A stretch of DNA of 23,672 nucleotides from Promethearchaeota archaeon (GCA_048938005.1 JBHLMQ010000047.1:1-23672), one strand, 5' to 3'; counted from the stretch's first letter, positions 7,806-16,825 are shown. A program made the numbers and translations. The notes: a model not told the origin generated them from the letters alone.

Positions 7806-9179
7806 CTATTTCTGATATTGAGGATCTCTAGTAGCGCATCCTACATTTTTCCCAAGTTTCATATATTCAGAACATTTTGAACATGTAATACATACCTCAT
7901 TCTTATTAATAACACCATCTTGGAAAATCTGTTTTGGAAAGTTAGGATTTGCGAGCGCCATTCTTCCAAATCCACAAATATCCAGATTTTTTTCATGAGC
8001 CATACCTGTTGCGATATAACCTGCGAATTGGCGTAAATATGAAAATCCAGATCCTATAACTACTGTATCATCTGGTAAATGATTTTTAATTAAAGTAGCT
8101 AAATTTAAGAGTCGATATACTCCATATAATGGATGCTCGTTAGGTAATATCTCTCCTTTTATAGGTGTATTAAATGGAAGTGTAATCTGGGGTTTGTAAT
8201 GCGGATTTCCAGCAGTAACATTAATTAATCTTACCCCCAGATTATAAATTTTATCAATGATATCAATAGGTTCTACAAGATCTATTGAAGCAGGAAAGCT
8301 TTCACTTTTTATTGATTTAACTCCAAACCCATTAGGGTAAGGAATTCCATCATAGACACTCATTCGTGTAGTTATTAGAAAGTTTCTTTCATTCTTCAAT
8401 TTTTCAATTAGGTTTTTAATTATGTTTAGAAAAAATCTCGCTCTATTTTCAAGAGAATTTCCACCATATTCAGAATTTTTTCGTAGTCTTGAACTAAATA
8501 ATTCATGGATTAAATAACCATGGCAAGATTTAATATCTACACCATCAAAGCCTACTTCTTTTGCCAAAATCGCTTTCTGAATCCAAATATCTTCTAGTTC
8601 TTTTAATTCCTCATCAGATATGATAATTCCTTCTTTTTCTGAAATACCTTTTACATTATCAAGTTCAATGTTAGGATAGGTCCTTACAGGATATTTTTTA
8701 CCATCTCTTAAAGTGTATCTTCCAGAGTGATTCAATTGAACAATTAAAATACATTCATTTGTAAATCCTAACTTTTTCAGAGTTTTATTACAATTGTATT
8801 TTGTAAATAAGACTAATTCCTTAAATTTTTTAGAATTTTCTTCTGATAAAACTAATTGGTGAGGATTTGAGCGACAATTATTGTCAATAGCAGTTGCTTC
8901 AAACCAAATTAATCCTGCTCCACTTTTCGCATATCGCTTATATCGTCGATAAGTTAATTTTCCCGGAGAACCATCTAATTCAGCATCAAATCCTTCCATT
9001 GGTTGTATTGCTATCCGGTTTGGAATAAATAAATTATTAACATTTACTCTTTGCTGTAGAATTTCTACCTTAGGGTAAATAGGAATATTTAAACCTAATT
9101 TAACAATTTTTTTCTTTAAATCGCCAAGTGTTTTATATGTGAATTGTTCAAATAGTCTGTGAGAAGGTTTAAAGCTCAT
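7806..9179 (-). CDS. NADH:flavin oxidoreductase, Old Yellow Enzyme family, with C-terminal Fe-S motif
   Basis: 'NRIAIQPMEG', 'GAGLIWFEAT', 'QLNHSGR', 'GFDGVDIKSCHGYL', 'YGGNSLENRARF', 'GRMALANP', C-terminal CITCSKC...GC. Confidence 0.9.
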   Translation of the reverse strand: MSFKPSHRLFEQFTYKTLGDLKKKIVKLGLNIPIYPKVEILQQRVNVNNLFIPNRIAIQPMEGFDAELDGSPGKLTYRRYKRYAKSGAGLIWFEATAIDNNCRSNPHQLVLSEENSKKFKELVLFTKYNCNKTLKKLGFTNECILIVQLNHSGRYTLRDGKKYPVRTYPNIELDNVKGISEKEGIIISDEELKELEDIWIQKAILAKEVGFDGVDIKSCHGYLIHELFSSRLRKNSEYGGNSLENRARFFLNIIKNLIEKLKNERNFLITTRMSVYDGIPYPNGFGVKSIKSESFPASIDLVEPIDIIDKIYNLGVRLINVTAGNPHYKPQITLPFNTPIKGEILPNEHPLYGVYRLLNLATLIKNHLPDDTVVIGSGFSYLRQFAGYIATGMAHEKNLDICGFGRMALANPNFPKQIFQDGVINKNEVCITCSKCSEYMKLGKNVGCATRDPQYQK

Positions 9180-9200
9180 TAGTTTATAATTAGAGAACTT

Positions 9201-9217
9201 TTAATAAAGAATTTTTC
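9201..9217 (-). promoter_or_regulatory. BRE/TATA promoter, probably giving a leaderless OYE transcript
   Basis: Minus strand GAAAAATTC-TTTATTAA ends 21 nt before the ATG at 9179. No SD present. Confidence 0.5.
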
Positions 9218-9226
9218 ATTTTTTTC

Positions 9227-9409
9227 ATGATGATAGTCAATAAATATGACTATATTATTGATAATTATGAAGATAGCAAGGTTTTTGGTAATCGAAACTT
9301 ATTTGATTATAATAAAACTATATTTTTTACACAATCTGTTTAATTTACTGAAGAGCAAGAGAAGAATGTGTTAGAATTTGTATCAAGTAGAAAACTAAGA
9401 AAGAAATGA
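9227..9409 (+). pseudogene. Probable ThuA-like (class I glutamine amidotransferase-like fold) gene remnant
   Basis: MMIVNKYDYIIDNYEDSKVFGNRNLFDYNKTIFFTQSV*FTEEQEKNVLEFVSSRKLRKK*. Resembles the ThuA 'nL..YD.i.f.t....lt.eQe..l..FV..GKG' segment. Internal TAA 9341-9343. Confidence 0.4.
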
Positions 9410-9504
9410 AAAATCCATTTAAATTAAGCATTGGCCTTTTAATTTTATTGATTTTAAGCTCAGCAATAACTACTTTTAGCGTCCTTATTACATATTTATT
9501 ATGA
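9406..9504 (+). CDS. 32-aa single-TM/signal-peptide-like small ORF (or 5' gene remnant)
   Basis: MKNPFKLSIGLLILLILSSAITTFSVLITYLL*. ATGA overlap with the stop of the preceding remnant. Confidence 0.25.
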   Translation: MKNPFKLSIGLLILLILSSAITTFSVLITYLL

Positions 9505-9523
9505 TTTTTATTGTTCCTTTATT

Positions 9524-11560
9524 TTAAATGTTTAAATTAAATTGATGGGATAAAAGATCTTCAGATTTAGATGATCCTCCCATATATAATGTATATTTCA
9601 TTTTTTCAATCTCCCAGGATTTAGATTTTGGATTGTACCATGCAAGATTTTTATTCAGAACCTCAATTTTTACCTTTTTTATTTCATTTGGTTTGAGTGA
9701 AACACGAGAAAATCCTTTTAAAAGTTTTTTTGGCCGGTCAATTTGAGATTGTTCAAATCCAATATACAATTGAATAACTTCATCTCCAGCTACATTTCCA
9801 TCATTTTTAACATCCACAGTAGCGATAATTTTATCCTCCTTTGTTTCAACCTCTAAATTACTATAATTAAATGTAGTATAACTCAAACCATAACCAAAAG
9901 GAAAAGCAGGTCCATAGCCCTCCTTATCAAAAAGAGTATATCCATGATAATATCCATATTCAATTTCATCAGCATTTTTATCGAAAAAGGGTAAATTTTT
10001 AGGATCTTTTGGAATTGTAAAAGGTATTTTTCCACTTGGATTAATATCTCCAAAAAGAATTTTGGCCAAAGCAGTACCCCCTTCAACACCTGAATACCAA
10101 GCCATTAAAATTGCAGGTACCTCTGTTTTCCATTCTTCCATGGTAATTGCACTTCCTCCAATTAAAACAACAACACACTTTTCATTCTCAGACGCCACAG
10201 CTTTAATCAATTCAATATCTTCGCGGTGTAAGGAAAGAGTATCCCGATCTCCACCGGTTCTAAGTTCTTTTATATATTCTCCCTCATCCTTATAATTTAA
10301 CCCAACAACAATGATAGATACATCCGCTTCTTTAGCAAATTTTTTAACACTTTTATTGTAACCATTATTATATAGGAGTTCAATAGAATCTCCTAAGTAC
10401 TTTTCAATACCTTTTAACGGTGTAATGACCTCTTTAACTGATACATTGCTACTGCCATGATCTCCTGTGTTTTTTACTTTAGCATATTTTCCAAAAATCG
10501 CTATTTTACTAATTTTATTTTTATCTAATGGTAATATATTTCTTTCATTTTTTAAGAGCACCATGCTCTTTTCTGCAGCTTCCAATGCAACTTTACGATG
10601 TTCTTCACAACCAATTAAATCATGTCCATAAATTTGGGAATCTTCTTTTGTTATATACTTTAAAATTGTTCGTATAACTCGTTTAGTAGCCTCATCAATT
10701 AAACCTAGTGAAATTTTCCCTTCTTTCAAAGCTCTCTTGATTTTTCTATACTTATAATATTTAGCTCGAGGCATCTCAACATCCAATCCTCCAGTTATTC
10801 CACCAATAGTATCTTTCACACCACGTACCCAATCAGAATGTACAAATCCCTGAAAATTCCAATCTCCTTTCAAAATATTACGTAATAAATAATCATTATG
10901 CCCACAATATTTACCACGAAGTTTATTATACGCACTCATTATCGTGGCACACCCCTCCTCTACACAGCGTTTAAAATGAGGAAGATAAACTTCACGTAGC
11001 GTACGTTCATCCATTTTCACATTAACCTTAAATCGAGCATTCTCAATGCTATTTGCTACAAAATGTTTAGCAGTTGCCATGACATTATGCTTTTGAACAC
11101 CTCTAGTTAATGCCGCACCAAATTCTCCTATTAAAAAAGGGTCTTCTCCGTAAGTTTCTTGAGCCCTACCCCATGAAGGATGACGCAATAGATTAATACA
11201 TACTCCTCCAAAAAGATTGCCCCCATGAGCTCGCACTTCTTTTCCAATTACATCACCAACTCGTTGTTCTAAATCGATGTCCCATGATGCTCCACGAGCC
11301 ATTGATACAGGAAAACAAGTAGAACCTGGGATAATCACACCCCGCGGTCCATCAGTAAATTTAAAAGCTGGGATATTAAATTTTTCTGAACCTGCTGCAT
11401 CATAAGCTCGTTTTCCAAATCCTTTATCTTCAACTACTTTTATGAATAGCCCATTTCCAGTCATTTGATTAAGTTTCTCTTCTAAACTCATGTGTTTAAG
11501 GACATAGTTCACATAATTTTCAATTTCTCTTTCATTCATACCTTTTTTGATTTTTATCAT
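9524..11560 (-). CDS. Glycoside hydrolase family 3 beta-glucosidase (BglX-like) with Fn3-like C-terminal domain, cytoplasmic
   Basis: 'TDGPRG', 'WGRAQETYGEDP', 'KHFVAN', 'MSAYN', nucleophile 'HSDW', 'VLLKN', 'FPFGYGLSYTTF', 'EVIQLY', 'LKGF'. No signal peptide. AGGAG SD. Confidence 0.93.
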   Translation of the reverse strand: MIKIKKGMNEREIENYVNYVLKHMSLEEKLNQMTGNGLFIKVVEDKGFGKRAYDAAGSEKFNIPAFKFTDGPRGVIIPGSTCFPVSMARGASWDIDLEQRVGDVIGKEVRAHGGNLFGGVCINLLRHPSWGRAQETYGEDPFLIGEFGAALTRGVQKHNVMATAKHFVANSIENARFKVNVKMDERTLREVYLPHFKRCVEEGCATIMSAYNKLRGKYCGHNDYLLRNILKGDWNFQGFVHSDWVRGVKDTIGGITGGLDVEMPRAKYYKYRKIKRALKEGKISLGLIDEATKRVIRTILKYITKEDSQIYGHDLIGCEEHRKVALEAAEKSMVLLKNERNILPLDKNKISKIAIFGKYAKVKNTGDHGSSNVSVKEVITPLKGIEKYLGDSIELLYNNGYNKSVKKFAKEADVSIIVVGLNYKDEGEYIKELRTGGDRDTLSLHREDIELIKAVASENEKCVVVLIGGSAITMEEWKTEVPAILMAWYSGVEGGTALAKILFGDINPSGKIPFTIPKDPKNLPFFDKNADEIEYGYYHGYTLFDKEGYGPAFPFGYGLSYTTFNYSNLEVETKEDKIIATVDVKNDGNVAGDEVIQLYIGFEQSQIDRPKKLLKGFSRVSLKPNEIKKVKIEVLNKNLAWYNPKSKSWEIEKMKYTLYMGGSSKSEDLLSHQFNLNI

Positions 11561-11748
11561 CCATTTGACTCCTAATTGATATAGTAACTATCTAATGAGT
11601 AAAAAAAAAAAAGAATAGCTTAAAAGTAAATTTTACGCTTTCAGAATTCCTATTTTAAGTCTATAGATTAAATGGTTGCGAAATACATTTATTAACATAA
11701 ATGTACATTTTATTATTTTATGAAAAGTAATCAAATAGTTTAAGAAGT

Positions 11749-11762
11749 CCGAAATTTTTTAA
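11749..11762 (+). promoter_or_regulatory. BRE/TATA promoter of the SDR gene
   Basis: CCGAAA (BRE-like) followed by TTTTTTAA, 43 nt upstream of the ATG at 11806. Confidence 0.45.
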
Positions 11763-11805
11763 GAATATAATAGTAAATATTAATTAATTGATGGAATTGT
11801 AGTAT

Positions 11806-12639
11806 ATGAGTATGGAAGGAAGAATATGTTTAATAACGGGAGCGAATTCGGGTATTGGTAAAGTAACAGCTAAAGCCTTAGCAAAAATGAATGCTATGGT
11901 AGTAATGGTTTGTCGTGATAAAGAACGTGGAGATAAGGCTCAAAAAGAAATCATTGAACAAACAGGGAATAACCAGGTTGATTTATTGCTTTGTGATTTA
12001 TCTTCTAAAGAGCAAATTCGAAAACTTGTTAAAGAATTTAAGGAAAAATATCAAAATTTACATATATTGATAAATAATGCAGGAATTATGCTTAAAAAAC
12101 GGGAATTATCTGTTGATGGTATTGAGATGAATTTTGCTGTGCACGTTATTGCTCCCTTTTTATTAACTAATTTATTGCTTGACGTTTTAAAAAAAAGTAC
12201 TCCAAGTCGCATTATTAATGTTACTTCAGCAGCACATAGAAGAGCTAAGATAGATTTTGAAGATCTTCAGAATAAAAACAAGAAATACCGGTTATTTACA
12301 GTTTATGGTATATCAAAATTAGGAGAAATGTTAATTACCTATGAATTAAGCAGGAAATTAGACGGAACTGGAGTAACTGCCAATGCTGTTCATCCAGGAT
12401 TAGTAAATACTAATCTTGGTCGAGATCAATCTAATTTTAGTCAATGGTTTGCGAGAAAATTCTTCAAAAGCCCTGAAGAAGGAGCTGAAACTTCTATATA
12501 TTTAGCTACTTCACCAGAAGTAGAAGGAATAACAGGTAAGTATTTTATAAATAAAGAACCAAGACAATCCTCAGAAGAATCATACAACCTTGAATATGCT
12601 GAAAAACTATGGAAAATATGTGAAGAAATGACAGATTGA
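11806..12639 (+). CDS. Short-chain dehydrogenase/reductase, retinol dehydrogenase/WWOX-like subfamily
   Basis: TGANSGIG, NNAG, 'SRIINVTS', YGISK (YxxxK), 'NAVHPGLVNT', 'GAETSIYLA...TGKYF'. Confidence 0.92.
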   Translation: MSMEGRICLITGANSGIGKVTAKALAKMNAMVVMVCRDKERGDKAQKEIIEQTGNNQVDLLLCDLSSKEQIRKLVKEFKEKYQNLHILINNAGIMLKKRELSVDGIEMNFAVHVIAPFLLTNLLLDVLKKSTPSRIINVTSAAHRRAKIDFEDLQNKNKKYRLFTVYGISKLGEMLITYELSRKLDGTGVTANAVHPGLVNTNLGRDQSNFSQWFARKFFKSPEEGAETSIYLATSPEVEGITGKYFINKEPRQSSEESYNLEYAEKLWKICEEMTD

Positions 12640-12922
12640 ATATTCATTAATAGTAGTTATTAATTCTTTTAATTGAAAACTAGCATCAAATTACATTAAA
12701 GAATGTGTATTAATCTTGCCGTGACTGAATTCCGATTCTAAAGTTTATTGACCATCTGAATTAATAAAAACAACTATGATTTTTAACTCAATAATTCGGA
12801 TTATGTTTAGAATGGATTCGTTTTATTTTGATTTTATAAAATTTTCAACAATTTTGTTTAATAATGTTTTTTCTTTTTTTTAATTAAAATCGAAACTATA
12901 TGAACATTAAAATTTGAGAAAA

Positions 12923-13513
12923 ATGTTTCACAATATACCAGAATCTATTCAGAAGCGAATGGAATACTTAGAAGAATTAGATACAAAGGATAGAATCGAT
13001 GGAACACCTAGAATGGAGAGGCTCCGTCAAATTCCACCTGAAACCGGAAAGTTTATATCACTTCTAGCTGCTAGTGCTCCAAAAGGAGAGTTTTTAGAAA
13101 TAGGGACCAGTGCAGGATATTCTGCTCTTTGGATAGCTCTTGCATGTAAACTCAATGGACATAAATTAATTACATTCGAGATTCTAAAAGATAAGGCTGA
13201 ATTAGCAAGAGAAACATTCAAGTTAAGTAATTTAGAGAATTTTGTCAAATTAATCGAGGGGGATGCTCGAGATTATATTCCAAATTATAAGAACGTTTCC
13301 TTTTGTTTTTTAGACGCTGAGAAAGAAGTTTACGAGGATTGTTATGATTTAGTGATTCCAAATATGATTAAAGGAGGCATTCTTGTTGCTGATAATGCAA
13401 TTAATCATTATGAAACGTTAAAACCAATAATAGATAAAGCATTAGCTGATGAGCGAGTAGATGCCTTGGTAGTACCAATTGGAAAAGGAGAATTGATTTG
13501 TAGAAAAATTTAA
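12923..13513 (+). CDS. O-methyltransferase (YrrM/caffeoyl-CoA OMT-like)
   Basis: '[15 protein letters not shown]', 'IEGDA', 'FLDAEK', 'GGILVADN'. ATG 12923 preferred over TTG 12914. Confidence 0.88.
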   Translation: MFHNIPESIQKRMEYLEELDTKDRIDGTPRMERLRQIPPETGKFISLLAASAPKGEFLEIGTSAGYSALWIALACKLNGHKLITFEILKDKAELARETFKLSNLENFVKLIEGDARDYIPNYKNVSFCFLDAEKEVYEDCYDLVIPNMIKGGILVADNAINHYETLKPIIDKALADERVDALVVPIGKGELICRKI

Positions 13514-13568
13514 AGTCTAATCGTAAATTTCTTATTATTTATTCCCAATTTAAGAAATATTTATATTC

Positions 13569-14474
13569 CTAAGGAAGATCCCATATTTTAATAGTTTTAT
13601 CCGTTGATCCACTGGCAATATGTTTTCCATCAGGAGAAACTGCGACAGTATCAACCCAACCCTCGTGCCCTGTTAAAGTACGAGCTAATTGACCTGAGGG
13701 TAAATCCCAAATTTTTATTCTATTATCCCATGAACCACTGACGAGATACTTTCCATTGGGAGTTATTGCCAGGGATCTCACTCTATCACCATGACCGTCA
13801 AGTGTAGTAATCTTTTCACCTGTAGAAAAATCCCAAATATGAATAAGCTTGTTACTCGAACCACCAATGACATATTTCATATCAGGGCTTATTACGAGTG
13901 AATTAATATGACCCATTTTTTTAGTTTTAAGTTCTCTAATAATAGTTCTACTTGAGATATCCCTTATATAAATAGCTTTTTTAGAACTACTATAGACAAT
14001 ATAATTATTATCTGGAGAAAGTGCCAATCTCTCGCTATATCCCCGTGTTTTGAAACTATCAATACGTTCCCCTGTTAATAAATCCCATGTATGTATTCTA
14101 TATCTTCCAGTCACGCCTACAACATATTTGCCGTCAACAGAGACGTCAACCTTTAAAACTTGCCCCCTTGTTGTTTCTTTCCATAGTAAATTCCCAGATG
14201 AAAATTCCCACACTTTTACTTTGAAATATTCTATTCCAGCAATAATATATTGTCCGTCGGGGGAAATTGCTACATCAATCCAACAAAAAGGCATTTTAGT
14301 TGCTTTAATCTTTTTAATTTGACTCCCAGAATCGATATCCCATATCTCAACATTTTTTTTTGCAGCACAAACAATATATTTACCATCAGGCGTAAATTTT
14401 AATGATTCTACTGATCCGTGTGTACCTACATCTTCTTTTTTCCTAATTGTTTTATGATAATCACCACTTTCCAT
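13569..14474 (-). CDS. Stand-alone WD40 repeat protein (7-bladed beta-propeller)
   Basis: Seven repeats ending IWD, VWE, TWD, IRD, IWD, IWD, IWD. Canonical GH...WD in the last repeats. ATG 14474 preferred over GTG 14486. Confidence 0.9.
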   Translation of the reverse strand: MESGDYHKTIRKKEDVGTHGSVESLKFTPDGKYIVCAAKKNVEIWDIDSGSQIKKIKATKMPFCWIDVAISPDGQYIIAGIEYFKVKVWEFSSGNLLWKETTRGQVLKVDVSVDGKYVVGVTGRYRIHTWDLLTGERIDSFKTRGYSERLALSPDNNYIVYSSSKKAIYIRDISSRTIIRELKTKKMGHINSLVISPDMKYVIGGSSNKLIHIWDFSTGEKITTLDGHGDRVRSLAITPNGKYLVSGSWDNRIKIWDLPSGQLARTLTGHEGWVDTVAVSPDGKHIASGSTDKTIKIWDLP

Positions 14475-14614
14475 TCTTAAAATCACTTATAAATTTGGAT
14501 CAATATAAAAATATTACATAATATTATTTATATCTTCAAATTTTAGCCTAGAAATTCAAACTTCCTATGTACGAAATATATTATATAATTGGAACATAGA
14601 TTCCTAGAACTGTT

Positions 14615-14650
14615 AAACCTTTATATATTTTAAAAACCTTATATATAAAG
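14615..14650. promoter_or_regulatory. Paired TATA boxes / palindrome in the divergent WD40-hypothetical intergenic region
   Basis: Perfect 10-bp inverted repeat CTTTATATAT (14619-14628) N12 ATATATAAAG (14641-14650). Also a direct repeat AAACCTT(T)ATATA. Confidence 0.5.
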
Positions 14651-14708
14651 AAGCTTTATCTAATAAATTGGTTTTCTATTATAATAAAAAGCATTTTAGC
14701 GAAATTTT

Positions 14709-15632
14709 ATGGAACAAAATAAATTCCCTTTAAAGGAAAAATTGAAATGTCCAATCTGTAATTTTGAATTCATACCAAAATCTTTTCATTTTGAAAAAAC
14801 CCATTTTGATGCCATAGAATCAAAAGGCGAACTCATGAGTTTTCAAGATGTTAAGGATCAACTTGTTGTAAAACCATTCACGTCTTTTCGTGGTTCTTGG
14901 GTAACTTATTGTCCCGAGTGTGGATATCTTATAAGATTTGCAGCAGAAATTGGCAAGAAAGAAATAACAGAAGAACATTCGCGTCTAATAAAAAGAGGTA
15001 CATTTGAAGAATTTGGAAAGTCACATAAATATGATTTCCATGAACGAATAAAACCTTATATGGACCAATCAGACTATTTTATAGAGAAAGTTGATAATAT
15101 TAAGAGGAAAATAAAAGATGCCTTAGATAAGATAAATTTTAACCATTGGGGCGCTCCTTATAAGGAATGGAAGACAGATAAAAATGTTGACACATTCAAA
15201 TTTTTAATTCGATTTTATACAAATTTAAAAGATTATACAAACTCTCAAGTCGAGAATTATAGCAATAAAGAAATGCCGGAAAAAATTAAGGAATTAAACT
15301 TACCTTCAATGCTGGTGGCATTACTTGGAGATATTTTAAAATTACATGATAAAGTTATTCATAATGTTTATCAATTAAATGAAGAGGAAGAAGATTTAGT
15401 TGAGAAAACATTTATTCAGTTTATGTATTACATAGTAGGAAAACAATTGAAGCCTTTGAATTTAAATAAAATTGAGATTAAGCCAGAACATAATTTTATT
15501 GATAAAGTTGAAGTTTATTATCAAATTCGAGAATTCTTACATTTGTATTTGCACAGCACATTATATATAGAAGAATTTGATAGTAAATTCTTTACTCCGT
15601 TATTAGAAAAACTTGAGATCCCTATGGTTTAA
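14709..15632 (+). CDS. Hypothetical protein: N-terminal split Zn ribbon plus C-terminal HEPN-like helical region
   Basis: CPIC and CPEC pairs about 50 aa apart. 'LLGDILKLHDKVIHNVYQL' resembles the HEPN L-x2-[IL]-x2-LR-N-x3-H segment. Confidence 0.7.
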   Translation: MEQNKFPLKEKLKCPICNFEFIPKSFHFEKTHFDAIESKGELMSFQDVKDQLVVKPFTSFRGSWVTYCPECGYLIRFAAEIGKKEITEEHSRLIKRGTFEEFGKSHKYDFHERIKPYMDQSDYFIEKVDNIKRKIKDALDKINFNHWGAPYKEWKTDKNVDTFKFLIRFYTNLKDYTNSQVENYSNKEMPEKIKELNLPSMLVALLGDILKLHDKVIHNVYQLNEEEEDLVEKTFIQFMYYIVGKQLKPLNLNKIEIKPEHNFIDKVEVYYQIREFLHLYLHSTLYIEEFDSKFFTPLLEKLEIPMV

Positions 15633-15787
15633 TTCACAATGTAGCTAATCGATGGATTATATTTATTTAAAAATATTACCCAATTTGCATAATCTAAACA
15701 ATATCTTGAACCTTTTTTTAAATTAGAGGTAAATATATATCGCAGTTTCAATTCCAAATTTTAAATTTTATTTTTTAACCGCAAACT

Positions 15788-15812
15788 ACTTTGCGATACA
15801 AAGCTTTAAATA
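15788..15812 (+). promoter_or_regulatory. Palindromic operator abutting the TATA box of the ABC operon
   Basis: CTTTG-CGATA-CAAAG (15789-15803) occupies the BRE position directly before TTTAAATA (15805-15812). Overlapping second palindrome CGCAAA-CTAC-TTTGCG (15780-15795). Confidence 0.55.
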
Positions 15813-15871
15813 CTCTAGATCATATTATATTATCAGGGACTTAAGAAAGCCCCAATGGATAAGAGACGGAA

Positions 15872-15948
15872 AATCAAATTCATAGTTTATACTCTTAGTC
15901 CAATTTAGGTAATCAAATTTAAAATACATCAATTAGTTCAATTTAGGT
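15872..15948 (+). repeat. Degenerate tandem duplication (39/38 nt) in the ABC operon leader
   Basis: Units 15872-15910 and 15911-15948 both begin AATCAAATT and end TTAGT(C/T)CAATTTAGGT. Confidence 0.7.
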
Positions 15949-15985
15949 TTAGAAAAAAAATTGATAATAATGGAGGTAAAAAAAT

Positions 15986-16825
15986 ATGAGTAAAGCATAT
16001 GCAATTAGAACTGAGAATCTTACCAAAAATTTTGGTAATATTCATGCGGTTGACAAGCTAACTTTAAATATCCCATACGGAAAAACATATGGTTTGTTAG
16101 GACCAAATGGAGCGGGAAAGACTACAACTATCAGGATGCTTAATGCTATTATTTCTAAAACTTTAGGAAATGCATCGGTGGGAGGTTATGATATTGTAAC
16201 TGAAAGTCAGAAAGTCAAAATGATTTGTGGGTTTTTACCAGAATCTCCTGGTTTATATTCTAAACTCACGGCGAGAGAATTCTTAGAATTTATCGGGGAA
16301 TTATATTATTTACCAAAAGATGTAATTTCTGCCCGTATTGATGAGTTATTAGAATTATTTGACTTAGAAGGTCGAGAAAATGATCTTTTAGAAGGATATT
16401 CAAGGGGTATGAAGCAGAAGGTATGTTTGTGTGCGTCTTTAATTCAAGATCCAGAAATAATTTTTCTAGATGAACCTACATCAAACCTGGATCCTGCTGC
16501 TGCGAGAATGGTAAAAGATCTTATTTCCCAACTTGCGAAAAAAGCTGATAAAACTGTTTTCATATGCACCCACCTGTTAGATACTGCTGAAGAGCTATGC
16601 GACATAATTGGGATAATTATTAACGGCGAGTTAAAAATTGAAGGCACTCCAAAAGAAATAATTGAATCTGTCGGTGCTAAAGATTTAGAAGAAGCATACT
16701 TAAAAATTACCGGAGCATCCCATATCAATGATCTATTAGCTTGGAGAGATGATAATCCTAATAGTCATGAATATAATGATAAGAAACACAGAAAAAGAAA
16801 GAAGAAAAGTAAAAAATCGAGGTAA
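15986..16825 (+). CDS. ABC transporter ATP-binding protein (ABC-2/drug-exporter type)
   Basis: Walker A GPNGAGKT, signature YSRGM, Walker B IIFLDEPT, H-loop CTH. GGAGGT SD. Confidence 0.95.
   Translation: MSKAYAIRTENLTKNFGNIHAVDKLTLNIPYGKTYGLLGPNGAGKTTTIRMLNAIISKTLGNASVGGYDIVTESQKVKMICGFLPESPGLYSKLTAREFLEFIGELYYLPKDVISARIDELLELFDLEGRENDLLEGYSRGMKQKVCLCASLIQDPEIIFLDEPTSNLDPAAARMVKDLISQLAKKADKTVFICTHLLDTAEELCDIIGIIINGELKIEGTPKEIIESVGAKDLEEAYLKITGASHINDLLAWRDDNPNSHEYNDKKHRKRKKKSKKSR

Noticed and set aside
11601-11612. A12 homopolymer as a phase-variation tract
   Set aside because: It is intergenic in very AT-rich DNA with many similar runs, and a single sequence gives no evidence of length variation.
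12727-12819. Imperfect inverted repeat (GAATTCCGATTCTAAA / TTTAGAATGGATTC) as a MITE or ncRNA
   Set aside because: It needs two gaps, has no target-site duplication or second copy, and is plausible by chance in AT-rich DNA.
15856-15902. SECIS element
   Set aside because: No AUGA/GA core is evident and no adjacent UGA-containing selenoprotein gene exists.
15872-15948. Mini-CRISPR array
   Set aside because: Only two degenerate units with 13-14 nt variable middles, and no cas genes in the window.
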